A stretch of 64,000 nucleotides of DNA from contig CP147780.1 of NCBI GenBank assembly GCA_037310415.1, positions 640,001 through 704,000 of the forward strand, given 5' to 3'. Both the position numbers and the translations under genes were made by a program. Source of the stretch: Candidatus Atabeyarchaeum deiterrae (GTDB lineage: Archaea; Asgardarchaeota; Atabeyarchaeia; Atabeyarchaeales; Atabeyarchaeaceae). Below, piece after piece: positions 20,858 through 30,057 of this stretch; the stretch's first letter is position 1; every line of letters begins with the position of its first letter. The notes under the pieces are model-generated. The model worked only from the letters and a program-made list of their open reading frames with translations. It made no database searches and was not told where the DNA came from.

Positions 20858-21908
20858 TTGAGAAGACGGAAGGTTGGCTTTGCTGCTTCCCGTCAGAAAG
20901 GATGCAATGCTTCTTGAGGAGGGAGCAGAAGTGGTCTCTCAGACTATACTCAGCCGTACCCGTTGCATTTGCAAGCGTTCGTTGCGTCAGAACAGGTTTC
21001 GTACCCCTCTCTTGCGATAGCCTCCTGTCTGCGGCGTATACGGTTGAAGCGGCTAAGATGAATGGATTGCGGCCTCCCCTTGCTGCCATACTCATAACCC
21101 TGAAAATCGACAGGGCAATAGACAGGATGGTCGATTGATATTCTCCCACGTTCAACTTCGCATCATCCAACTTACGTCGTATTTCTGGTTGAACGACGAC
21201 GCTGGAAAGGATTCTGTTGAGATATTCCTCGCTTCTTCTGACGTGCAATCCAGTTCCCAGTCTGCTCTGAAGTGTGGGTAGTTCTCTTACCACGCTTCTC
21301 ACATTCACTCTGTGACCCAAACCTCTGAACACTTGAGTTAGTTCTTGGATGGTGATGGGTGCGCATTCCTTGAACTCTCTTACAGCTATGAAAAGGCATG
21401 TTGCTACGGTTATTAGCCTGTTACTTATTTCTTGGCGCAGTTTGGAAGAGGTGATCTTTCTGTAGTAATAGGCTGCCCTGTTTCTGACATTGTCGGACAG
21501 CCGTAATAGAACGGAGGCTCGATTGAGGATACGTAGTGCATTGTAGTCCGTTTCCCTCTTATCTGTGCGAGACTTCAGGTCATAATTGTATTTTAATCTT
21601 CGGAACAATGCTTGGTTCTTTGATGAAAGCGGTTGGCCCTGAGAATCGCAGAAATAGCTCTTATTGTGATAGTCAATGTAGCTGCCGAGACTGTCGACTA
21701 TGTGTAACCTGTTCCCAAGCGAAGAATGGGATCTCTCGCCATTACCAAGGGTGTCAATCAGATATGAACAAGTGCTGTACTCTGGTTGCATCAATTCATC
21801 TGAAACCACGAGTCCGCATTTGCTGCAGACATACTCTCCGTTTTCCAAGAGTATTTTACCTTGGCATTCAACGCACCTGTCTCTTTGTTCAGGAAACTCA
21901 GCTGTCAA
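20823..21908 (-). CDS. TFB/TFIIB family paralog
   Basis: Zn ribbon CVEC...CSKCGLV; cyclin repeats GRNPFILAASTVY, LTQRTLA. Confidence 0.85.
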   Translation of the reverse strand: MTAEFPEQRDRCVECQGKILLENGEYVCSKCGLVVSDELMQPEYSTCSYLIDTLGNGERSHSSLGNRLHIVDSLGSYIDYHNKSYFCDSQGQPLSSKNQALFRRLKYNYDLKSRTDKRETDYNALRILNRASVLLRLSDNVRNRAAYYYRKITSSKLRQEISNRLITVATCLFIAVREFKECAPITIQELTQVFRGLGHRVNVRSVVRELPTLQSRLGTGLHVRRSEEYLNRILSSVVVQPEIRRKLDDAKLNVGEYQSTILSIALSIFRVMSMAARGGRNPFILAASTVYAADRRLSQERGTKPVLTQRTLANATGTAEYSLRDHFCSLLKKHCILSDGKQQSQPSVFSNDLAEHDQIGE

Positions 21909-22331
21909 TCTGTTTCTTCACCAACAGAGTGATCGGAGTTGTTCCTGCTAATCCTTATTGGGGAAAACGAGTAAGATGTAAGTTACAGTTGGTCACTTCA
22001 AAAGGTAATAGAATAGCAATAGGACGACGCTGAGAACTTTGATTGGCTCTGCCTTTCTCGTGCAATAGCGCCTTTCTGATGAGTGCGATTCTCCAGACTA
22101 TAACGATTGAGGTTCCGTACCTTTCAGCTGGGATCATGATAAGAGGACAGTTACCCTCTGATCATGCGATTGAGTGCCATAGCTTCCTGCATGAATGCAT
22201 GAGCATGATTCTGGGAGCAAGCCGAGGAACTAGGCGCAATCTGTTATAGGTGCTGAAGGGTTGAAGTGATAGGGTTCTCGCAGATAGCTTTATAGATTAG
22301 GATGATCTTTCATGTCGAAGGAGGAATCACA

Positions 22332-22763
22332 ATGCCAGAAGATGCGGCCGTGAGAGGTTTCTTCAAAGAACTGGCTTCTCTTATAGGATCTGCAGTTGTG
22401 GCTACTACAACCGGTGGAAAAACTTACTCCGGCGAATTGAAAGGTTACGATCCTAACTCTTTGAGCGTATGCTTGGCGGGTGCCAAGGACAACGAGGGAA
22501 AGAATTTTCACAGACTGATAATTAACGGCTCAATTATTAGAGAAATAATCAAGGCTGAGGAGCCATTCGATTTAAGGACTCTCGCAAACGAGATTCAAAG
22601 AATATTCCCTCCGGGGGAGGTCAAATACTTGGAAGAGGCCCGCGTGATCCAAGTTCTTGACAAAATCAAAGTCACCGAGTCAGGGGTTGAGGGTTCAGGT
22701 CCTCTTACAGAAAGAGTAAAGATGATCTATGATAAGTTCATTCAAGAGAGAAGCAGGAAGTAA
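22332..22763 (+). CDS. SmAP3-type Lsm protein with C-terminal extension
   Basis: Sm fold (GKTYSGELKGYD...INGSII) plus PFDLRTLA...VTESGVEGSGP domain. Confidence 0.85.
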   Translation: MPEDAAVRGFFKELASLIGSAVVATTTGGKTYSGELKGYDPNSLSVCLAGAKDNEGKNFHRLIINGSIIREIIKAEEPFDLRTLANEIQRIFPPGEVKYLEEARVIQVLDKIKVTESGVEGSGPLTERVKMIYDKFIQERSRK

Positions 22764-22813
22764 TGCAAGAGGGTTCCATCTATTCACGGGCAAGACAGGA
22801 TTGTGCTTGTGTT

Positions 22814-23572
22814 TCAGGTTGCCTTATCTGCTCTTGAATGTTTGCCTGTCCCTGTACGCCTAGCTGCAATAAGCCCTACTTTGGCCCCTGGAGGGGCGTT
22901 TCTGGAAACTGTGGTTGGTGCTCCTTCATGTTGGTGTTGCCCTCCACCATGCGGGTGGGCTACTGGATTCATGGCAACTCCTCTTACTATGGGCCACTTC
23001 CAAGCTTTGGAAAGGGAAAGATGGTACTTCTTACCAGCCTTAACAAAAGGTTTTTCTATTCTGCCTCCGCCAGCTACGATGCCGATAGTTGCTCTGCACG
23101 ACGGGTTGAAAGTCTTCATCGCGCCTGACGGGAGTTGTACAAGGGTCCCAGCATTAGTGTGGGTGATTACGGATCCATAGGTTCCAGAGGATCTTATGTA
23201 CTTGCCTCCGTCACCCGGCTCTCCTTCGATATTGAAAACGGGGGTCCCCTCTGGCACGATTGAGAGAGGTAGAACATCTCCTTGCGAGAGGGTTTTCCGC
23301 GCTGAGGAGGAGCTTCCAACAGTTATAGGTTGATTCAACCGAAGACCTTCACATGCTGGAAGAAGCACTTGAGTCCCATCATCGAATCTCACCATCGCGA
23401 GGGGTGCACCCCTACCTGGATCGTGAAGAATATCCTTCACATGTCCCCTAAGGTAGGACGCTTCGCCTCCATGAAGAGGTGGGTATTTCGCTTCGCCGAG
23501 ACGTCTATGGGTAGGCGATCGGAATGTTGAAGTTCCTCTACCCTTCCGTTGCACAAGGATTTTCTTGCCCGT
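22814..23572 (-). CDS. rpl2: 50S ribosomal protein uL2; probable ACG start
   Basis: GKKILVQRKGRG, HDPGRGAP, VRGVAMNPVAHPHGGG. Confidence 0.96.
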   Translation of the reverse strand, partial: TGKKILVQRKGRGTSTFRSPTHRRLGEAKYPPLHGGEASYLRGHVKDILHDPGRGAPLAMVRFDDGTQVLLPACEGLRLNQPITVGSSSSARKTLSQGDVLPLSIVPEGTPVFNIEGEPGDGGKYIRSSGTYGSVITHTNAGTLVQLPSGAMKTFNPSCRATIGIVAGGGRIEKPFVKAGKKYHLSLSKAWKWPIVRGVAMNPVAHPHGGGQHQHEGAPTTVSRNAPPGAKVGLIAARRTGTGKHSRADKAT

Positions 23573-23606
23573 GTTGGAACACCCTCATTCTGCTACTTTC
23601 TCAGAT

Positions 23607-23867
23607 CTAGAATACGCCAAGCTTCGTAGCGATATCGCTGGCCTTGAATTCAGGTCTTAGAGTGATGTATGCTTTCTTTTCCCCTGTAGGAAGGATCGTC
23701 GTGTTAACTTTCATTACCTTGATTGCGTAGAGTCTTTCTATTGCCCTACGGATCATGTGCTTATTGGCCTTTCGGGCCACTATGAAAACTAATTTGTTTT
23801 CCCGCTCGATAGTTTCAAGGGCCGCTTCCGTGATTACAAGTCTCATGATCAAGTCTTCGCTGGTCAT
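23607..23867 (-). CDS. rpl23: 50S ribosomal protein uL23
   Basis: ENKLVFIV...KVNT...GEKKAYITL. Confidence 0.95.
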   Translation of the reverse strand: MTSEDLIMRLVITEAALETIERENKLVFIVARKANKHMIRRAIERLYAIKVMKVNTTILPTGEKKAYITLRPEFKASDIATKLGVF

Positions 23868-24670
23868 TGATTACCACCGCTACTTAGCCAATCAAGCGTC
23901 TTCAATCTGCTTAATGCTGACTCTGACCAGATAGTGAGTCGCCCTGGATGTGTACCTGGTGCCAGGTCTTCCACGCCCAGGTTTGAAACTGAGACGACGT
24001 GGATACCTAGATTCCTCATACCTTTGATTTTTGAGCCTGGTTTCGATACTACCATCAAAGGACCACACGGTACCTTGTACTTTCTTCCTCTTCTTTTGCC
24101 CAGACCGCTTCTGACTTTCTTGCCATCCAGAACCCGCATTACGTCGGTCCATACGCCGAATTTCATTAAAGCTGCTTTTGCTTCTTGTGTCGAATTAACA
24201 CTCTCAATTTCGTCTACGCAGATTATAGGTAAGATCTTCACCTTATCATCAATCAGATGCCCGCGTCTCTTCACAGATTCCATTTCGCTTGTTAGAGCTA
24301 TTGCTGATCTTAATGCCAGCCGTCGCTCTTTCTTATTGATGAATTCTTTGACGCGCTTTTCCACCCGAGGCGGATGAGTCAGTCTGCCCCCTACTGTCAT
24401 GGGAGCGAAAGCTCCAGCCATCGCTTCTGGGTGAGAGGTTCCTCTTTTTCTAGGTACCCTTGCTAGATGCATGCCAGGTCCGCGAGAGTATGCAGTTGTT
24501 CTTTTGCCCGCCATTGGATCGACTCCATGGTGATGGAATCGAGCGGAGGCTGAGGATAAGACTGCTCTTTGGATCAAGTCTGGCCTTGGGGGTGTTTCAA
24601 AGACTTCTGGGAGCGTTATTCTTCTCACTGGGTTGCCTTCCAAATCTAGAACACTCACCGTCTTTGCCAT
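23864..24670 (-). CDS. rpl4: 50S ribosomal protein uL4
   Basis: RPDLIQRAV, INKKERRLA, LAPGTHPGRLTIW. Confidence 0.96.
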   Translation of the reverse strand: MAKTVSVLDLEGNPVRRITLPEVFETPPRPDLIQRAVLSSASARFHHHGVDPMAGKRTTAYSRGPGMHLARVPRKRGTSHPEAMAGAFAPMTVGGRLTHPPRVEKRVKEFINKKERRLALRSAIALTSEMESVKRRGHLIDDKVKILPIICVDEIESVNSTQEAKAALMKFGVWTDVMRVLDGKKVRSGLGKRRGRKYKVPCGPLMVVSKPGSKIKGMRNLGIHVVSVSNLGVEDLAPGTHPGRLTIWSESALSRLKTLDWLSSGGNQ

Positions 24671-24692
24671 CTATAACTCCTCCTAGAGTTTG

Positions 24693-25697
24693 CTATTCTG
24701 TTGCTGTGTTGTGGATGTGTAAGATGTGTGGTGCTGCTTCAGCGCCTTTTGGGCTGCCTCTTATCGGGAATCGCAGCTTAATGAGTCGCCTGGTTTCGCC
24801 TGGAACAGAGCCTTGGAAGAGCACATAGTCTCCCTTTACTACTCCGTACCTATTAATTCCCCCTCTAGCTGTAATCTCTTCCCCTCGGTCGCCCAGCTTC
24901 AAAATGCGCTTGTTGAATTCGACCCGATGATGATATCCGGTCTGCCCGGCTCTCGGAACAGTGTACATAACACTATGCGGACTGATAGGTCCAAGTGTTC
25001 CCACACCTCGGACAGTTTTCCTAGACTTCTTTTGGAGAACCTTCACGTTCCATCTTTTTACGGGTCCTTGGAATCCCTTACCCTTCGAGACTGCGATTAC
25101 GTCGACAAGGCCACCCTCTTTGAAAATGTCACGGATTCTAATTTCCTTGCCAAGAAGGGTTTTTGCATACTTGATTTGCTCCGAGATTGAGCCTCCACCG
25201 ACTTCGACCTCCATTACTACTGGTTTCTTTGAAGAAACTCCTGCCAGCCTTGGTTGGGTATGTGCCACTACTCTGATAGTATCCACATTGGTCAAGTCTG
25301 CGCTCAATTTTGCCAGCTTTTCTTCGGTCTTGGTATCTGAAGGCATCGGGAAATTACGTGAGAGATCCTCCTTCAAGTTCTTCGACCAGATCTCGTGTTT
25401 GCATCTTAGTCCATATGGAGTATGAATGTAGGCTCTCACTCCGCAAACAACTATTGGAGGACAATCTATGATAGTGGCTGCAACTTCCACTTCCCGTCCT
25501 CGCAATGGACTATGCGGGGCATCCTCCATTAGAATCACATGCGTCATACCAGCTTTGTAGCCAGCGAATCCTAATACTAAGGGCTCACCTGTGCGCGTCG
25601 GCCAGGTTCTGATACGTCCCCAAGGTTTAGATGCCCTTTTTCTAGGGAGATAGGCGAGCGAACCATGTTTGGGGGCGTGTTGTTTTCTATGTCCCAT
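24693..25697 (-). CDS. rpl3: 50S ribosomal protein uL3
   Basis: HGSLAYLPRKR, GYKAGMTH, KGKGFQGPVKRW. Confidence 0.97.
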   Translation of the reverse strand: MGHRKQHAPKHGSLAYLPRKRASKPWGRIRTWPTRTGEPLVLGFAGYKAGMTHVILMEDAPHSPLRGREVEVAATIIDCPPIVVCGVRAYIHTPYGLRCKHEIWSKNLKEDLSRNFPMPSDTKTEEKLAKLSADLTNVDTIRVVAHTQPRLAGVSSKKPVVMEVEVGGGSISEQIKYAKTLLGKEIRIRDIFKEGGLVDVIAVSKGKGFQGPVKRWNVKVLQKKSRKTVRGVGTLGPISPHSVMYTVPRAGQTGYHHRVEFNKRILKLGDRGEEITARGGINRYGVVKGDYVLFQGSVPGETRRLIKLRFPIRGSPKGAEAAPHILHIHNTATE

Positions 25698-25861
25698 CGA
25701 GGGAGCCTCCTGTAGAAATATTACCTACGAAGAAGAAATCCAAGTGATAGTGCGGCAATTACTATTTGGCTTATAAACATAAGAGCAAGTACGCTTAATT
25801 TCCTTCCTGGGTTTGGATATACTCTTAAGTTATACGTCTTATGAATCTTCCGTATGTTTTT

Positions 25862-26722
25862 TCACATAATCAAATTGATGATGGCAAGTGTTGCGTGAAT
25901 TGCTTCTTCTGTTCTTACAGTCTGCGTCCCTTGATTGGGGATCATGTTCAAGCTGTAGTCTCCGGTGGTCTCGTCTAGACTTTCTCTAGCCAGTATCTCT
26001 TCCAGTCCCTCTTTTGGAGAGCCGAAAGCAACCAGGATCTTGCTCGAGTTCTTAAGCTCTTCCTGCAGCCTCTTTAGGACATCTTTTATTGGTGAGCCAG
26101 ACCTAGACGTTAGGATGTACAGATCGAATGTTCTTCTTTTCATGAAAGTTCCTAATGTCTCCTGTAACTCAGTTACTCTGAACCCCCAGTACCCGGGAAT
26201 CTCAGAGCGACTCACCAAATCTAGCTGGACATCATCTTCGCCTTTTCTTCTGACTCGGAAGCTTTGTCTCTTCCCTTTAGGGACCTTTTCTGAGCTTCTC
26301 AATGGCCTTCCCAGCCCTGCATCTATGAGGGATCCAGTCCTATCTTGAGCAATAGCAACCCCCTCACGGAATTCGCCATCGCGTAGAGCCGCTACAAGGC
26401 TGTTGGTTGGGTGATGAAGTGTGTTCAGAGGCGGGAGAACCCCGGCGTATTTCAGTACCGGTGACAATGGAAAAAGCCTTTTCCTTAGATATTGTGGCGT
26501 CTCTACATAGCGAAGGATCTGAGAAATCATACCCATTTCGTTTTTCTGTTCTCCATGAATGAGATCTGGATAAATGAATATCTCTTCGACGCGATAGATC
26601 GCGGAAGCGCGCGCGACTTGGCCTATCTTGAAGGTTTTCAATTGGAGTCCTGGAACATCCGCAATTATGGATGCAGGTATCGCTATGCTAACATGCGGTG
26701 TCGCCAAATCAAATCCTCCCAT
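25862..26722 (-). CDS. SPOUT RNA methyltransferase (MTH1/SPOUT1-like)
   Basis: ETPQYLRKRLFP...GVLPPL, FGSPKEGL, PNQGTQTVRTEEA. Confidence 0.9.
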   Translation of the reverse strand: MGGFDLATPHVSIAIPASIIADVPGLQLKTFKIGQVARASAIYRVEEIFIYPDLIHGEQKNEMGMISQILRYVETPQYLRKRLFPLSPVLKYAGVLPPLNTLHHPTNSLVAALRDGEFREGVAIAQDRTGSLIDAGLGRPLRSSEKVPKGKRQSFRVRRKGEDDVQLDLVSRSEIPGYWGFRVTELQETLGTFMKRRTFDLYILTSRSGSPIKDVLKRLQEELKNSSKILVAFGSPKEGLEEILARESLDETTGDYSLNMIPNQGTQTVRTEEAIHATLAIINLIM

Positions 26723-26890
26723 TCTATAGACTTCTCGGGGGTATGCTTTTGAATTTGTTGTGCAAGACATTATTTCGAATAAAGTAAATGCACGTAATTT
26801 GTCTGTGACTGGTAAGAGTAGACCTCAGCAAAATCCCCAAGAGAGACGATATTCCGGGTTCAGATACTGATTTCAAATGAAAGCGTTTCC

Positions 26891-27508
26891 TTATTCTATG
26901 GTTGCATGACGAGCCTTCAGATCTTCCTCTTTCTTACCGAGTCGATGCATTAGTTCAGCGATGATACCATCGAGAAAAATCATGGCAGCCACTTCAAATT
27001 GAGTTCCGAGAGGTGCAAGTGGCTCATGCTCTCCCACTATCTGTCTCGAAATGTATGAGTTCTCTTGTCTGGTCATTTTCGTTCTACCAACCACGACTAC
27101 GATTTGGTCTGCTAAGTGCCCAAGAGGAGAATCAGGGTATGAGGTGACAGCTACGACCTTAGCTTGTCTCCTTTCCTTCGCGATTTTGGAAGACATTACA
27201 ACCAGACGCGTTGTGCCCGAGCCCGATATGGCGATTACGACGTCGCCTGAGCTGAGTATTGGAACTATGGTTTCGCCAGTCACATAGACCTGATAGCCCA
27301 GATGCATTAGGCGAATAGCAAAAGCCTTGCCAACAAGACCCGAGCGACCAGCGCCTACAACTAGTATCTTCTTGTCTCTTGCCCCCATGAGAATCTCGAC
27401 AATAGCTTCAACCTGTTGTGGATTAAGCTGATCAGCAGCTCTCTTGACAGACTCTACTATCTCATCCATTCCCCTCTTTACGAAGCTTGTCCCACTATCT
27501 CCTGTCAT
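26891..27508 (-). CDS. hxlB: 6-phospho-3-hexuloisomerase
   Basis: GAGRSGLV, RLMHLG, ISGSGTT, APLGTQFE, RHATIE. Confidence 0.92.
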   Translation of the reverse strand: MTGDSGTSFVKRGMDEIVESVKRAADQLNPQQVEAIVEILMGARDKKILVVGAGRSGLVGKAFAIRLMHLGYQVYVTGETIVPILSSGDVVIAISGSGTTRLVVMSSKIAKERRQAKVVAVTSYPDSPLGHLADQIVVVVGRTKMTRQENSYISRQIVGEHEPLAPLGTQFEVAAMIFLDGIIAELMHRLGKKEEDLKARHATIE

Positions 27509-27512
27509 GATG

Positions 27513-27803
27513 CTATCCCCCATGAGCCACAGGCATTAGAGTGACTTCGTCTCCTTCCGACAGTCTTGTACTGATTCCATCCAGTACTTCTATATCTACA
27601 TCGTTAATAAGTATTAAAATGTCGCTTCTCATCGTTTTTCTGTCCTGCTGGAACAAGTGAGCTGCCATTGTCTCTCCATACATGGTAGCAATCGATCCAA
27701 GCAAATCCCCGACTGTTGCCTCAGCTTGAACCTCAATGATAGTCTCGTTCGGAGCGACTATGTTTCTCATCGTTGACAGAAACCTTATTCTTATCTTCCT
27801 CAG
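27513..27803 (-). CDS. MoaD/ThiS/SAMP ubiquitin-like protein; probable CTG start
   Basis: ILINDVD...LSEGDEVTLMPVAHGG with di-Gly C terminus. Confidence 0.88.
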   Translation of the reverse strand: MRKIRIRFLSTMRNIVAPNETIIEVQAEATVGDLLGSIATMYGETMAAHLFQQDRKTMRSDILILINDVDIEVLDGISTRLSEGDEVTLMPVAHGG

Positions 27804-28037
27804 TTGCGCTTCACCCAAAATCCCCAATTCCTTGAAAATCGCTATCACAAAATATCGCATGGGGTTGATTGAAATCTCCGGAATGAAGAGCTGGTTTCTT
27901 GGTGGGCAACAATTCTATTCACTAATTTGATCGGAGTGATTTCCTTGCACTGGATCTGGGATCGTGGAAGACCTGCAAAAAATCGATCGAACCGATACGA
28001 CTTCTGTGAACAAGTTTCGGTCTAACTGATAACCGCC

Positions 28038-28280
28038 CTACTCCATTTCTTCTTCGGAGTCCACATTTCCTTCCTCTTCGTTGTGGCTCTCCCTCGTCTT
28101 GATCCGTGCTAGGCGCGTTAGGTAACCAGCAACCCCATTTCGGACTTTCTTGGAAGGAGTTAGCAGGACATTCTTCAGTTTTTCCTTGTTGCCAGGAAAG
28201 TCCGTGTTGAAGTAGTCTGGGTACCGCGTGTAGAGATTACGTGCTGTTCGCTTGACAGTGTCTGTTTTGACTTTGCCCAT
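28038..28280 (-). CDS. rps17e: 30S ribosomal protein eS17
   Basis: MGKVKT...DFPGNK...SKKVRNGVAGYLT. Confidence 0.95.
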   Translation of the reverse strand: MGKVKTDTVKRTARNLYTRYPDYFNTDFPGNKEKLKNVLLTPSKKVRNGVAGYLTRLARIKTRESHNEEEGNVDSEEEME

Positions 28281-28489
28281 TGGAGAGCACCTATCGTGTC
28301 TTTAAGATACTTCTAGGTAATCGCTTACGAGAGAACTATCTAATATGCTTCTGCTTTTATAATTCTATCGGTCACATGGTTCATAGGAGTCTCGCCACTA
28401 TACTCGTCTGATCTTGTTTTGATCGCATTCCAAGCGCGCATAGATTGACCGAAAAGATTTTGAACTAGATATGCTATCTTTGGATTCAT

Positions 28490-28604
28490 GCTCCGGTAGT
28501 ATAGTCCGGTCAAGTATAGCGGCCTCTCGAGCCCAGATAGGGAAAGCCGCGGACCCGGGTTCGAATCTTTCTATCTTGAGGTGAAAATCCCGGCCGGAGC
28601 ACCA
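28490..28604 (+). tRNA. tRNA-Glu(CTC) with two introns: 28530-28544 (37/38) and 28566-28587 (59/60)
   Basis: Acceptor GCTCCGG/CCGGAGC-ACCA; anticodon stem GCGGC/GCCGC; BHB-like pairing at both junctions. Confidence 0.92.
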
Positions 28605-28629
28605 ACGCACTAGAAGTTGGCAGGAGTTC

Positions 28630-28866
28630 TCACAGGTTGCCTCCGCCAAACATCCTTAGAAGATCGTTTTTTATTCGGTCGAGTTGCTGATATACCGAAC
28701 TGAGTGCGTCGCCAGACCAGCCAAGCACTTGGAGGACGAGTCCGATTATTATCCCTATAACAACGAGAGAGAGTCCTATTAGCATTCCTTCTTCTACAAG
28801 CGGAGAACCCCTCTTGTCCTTCAGTAGTCTCAGAATTAAACTCTTTTCTGCTTTGTTCGGCTTCAT
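28630..28866 (-). CDS. Flp/type IV pilin-like protein
   Basis: Basic leader ending DKRG, then SPLVE and a hydrophobic helix (class III signal peptide pattern). Confidence 0.65.
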   Translation of the reverse strand: MKPNKAEKSLILRLLKDKRGSPLVEEGMLIGLSLVVIGIIIGLVLQVLGWSGDALSSVYQQLDRIKNDLLRMFGGGNL

Positions 28867-28985
28867 TCTGGCTTCGCCGCAGACTAGTGTCTGCAGTGAT
28901 ATTTAAAGCCCAAGTTCACGGCGAGCCAGATCTTGTTTGACACCGTAAAACATTTATCTGCTCCGTCTTTGTTATCTAAAGACCT

Positions 28986-29142
28986 GCGGCCGTGGTCTAG
29001 ACAGTGCCTTCCAAAAACGAATAACCTAGAATGGTCTAGGACAGAGGAAACGAGACAGTTTCCATCCAAAGGCCTCCCAAGTCTCTAACCCAGATTCTCT
29101 ATTCTTGGGGAGGAAACCCGGGTTCAAATCCCGGCGGCCGCA
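28986..29142 (+). tRNA. tRNA-Gly(CCC) with three introns: 29003-29031, 29045-29069, 29088-29115
   Basis: Spliced GCGGCCGTGGTCTAGACTGGTCTAGGACAGAGGCCTCCCAAGTCTCTAACCCGGGTTCAAATCCCGGCGGCCGCA folds as a cloverleaf. Confidence 0.9.
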
Positions 29143-29211
29143 CTCACATTCGGCATTGTTTCCTATCCTTTCAGTGCAAAAGGTTATTAAGCCATCAGCA
29201 ATTAGTGGAAA

Positions 29212-29275
29212 TCAACGATGATGACTCTGACCCCGCTGAAATTCGGATGAATGAAGATCTTGAGTTCTGAGTCTC
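29212..29275 (+). ncRNA. Candidate C/D box sRNA
   Basis: C ATGATGA 29218-24, D' CTGA 29236-39, C' ATGAAGA 29251-57, D CTGA 29267-70; TATA-like TTATTAA ~30 nt upstream. Confidence 0.7.
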
Positions 29276-29489
29276 AGTTCAGTCTTAACGGATAAGTACG
29301 TCTGTTGGAGAATAACTTTTACTTCTCCCTCCCCTATTCTATATTAGTGCTTTCTCATTTCTATAGACTGGGAAACCCGTCGACTGGATACCATCAGTTA
29401 TGCTGATTCATGGGTCTGTACATTCACCAGACAGCGGAGGGATCAGTATCATGTTTGTCGGGTCAGAGAGAATCTTGGACAATAGGAAC

Positions 29490-29777
29490 ATGACTATACC
29501 TGTTGAAGAGATACTCTCTTCAAGGGGCCGTATCAGAATCATAAAGATGTTGCTCAAGAACGACGAGCTTTGTATTTCTGAGATTGTCAGGTTAACCAGG
29601 TTAAACCATAACTCAGTTGTTCAGCATTTGGATTTACTGAAGCATGCTGGGTTTGTCTACGAGAAGAAATTCGGACGGATACGGATTTATAGCATACGAA
29701 ATGAGAGTCTCATCGTCAAAGCAATGAAGAGTTTCATCTCTCTGTGGGGTTTTTCCAAGATGGAAATTCATAAATAG
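29490..29777 (+). CDS. ArsR-like wHTH transcriptional regulator
   Basis: LSSRGRIRII...ISEIVR...HLDLLK...EKKFGRIRIY. Confidence 0.85.
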   Translation: MTIPVEEILSSRGRIRIIKMLLKNDELCISEIVRLTRLNHNSVVQHLDLLKHAGFVYEKKFGRIRIYSIRNESLIVKAMKSFISLWGFSKMEIHK

Positions 29778-29827
29778 CCTTCTATGTTCTTTCTCTCACT
29801 ATCTAATCCAGCTAGGAGGAAATCAAT

Positions 29828-29986
29828 GTGCCATCGCATGGCTCGGTTGCAAAGGCGGGCAAAGTTAGGAAGCAAACCCCGAAAGTTGAAGGTGCGGACA
29901 GAATCAAGGCTTCACCGCGCGTGAGAGGCAGGCTAAACTACGTCAAGCGAATTCTTCACAATAGACCTATAGGCCAAACTACCTAA
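29828..29986 (+). CDS. rps30e: 30S ribosomal protein eS30 (52 aa, absent from ORF track)
   Basis: Manual translation MPSHGSVAKAGKVRKQTPKV...RLNYVKRI; AGGAGG SD, GTG start. Confidence 0.93.
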   Translation: MPSHGSVAKAGKVRKQTPKVEGADRIKASPRVRGRLNYVKRILHNRPIGQTT

Positions 29987-30057
29987 GCGCGTTGAAGAAT
30001 AAAGTAATGATGATGGGAGTTTTAGCTGTTATTTTGTAGCGCATAGGTTGATTAAGA

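Noticed and set aside
23570-23588. 16-nt intron joining an upstream ATG to the rpl2 GGC codon
   Set aside because: It would restore MGKK, but the required central helix (AGAA vs AACA) cannot pair, so there is no BHB.
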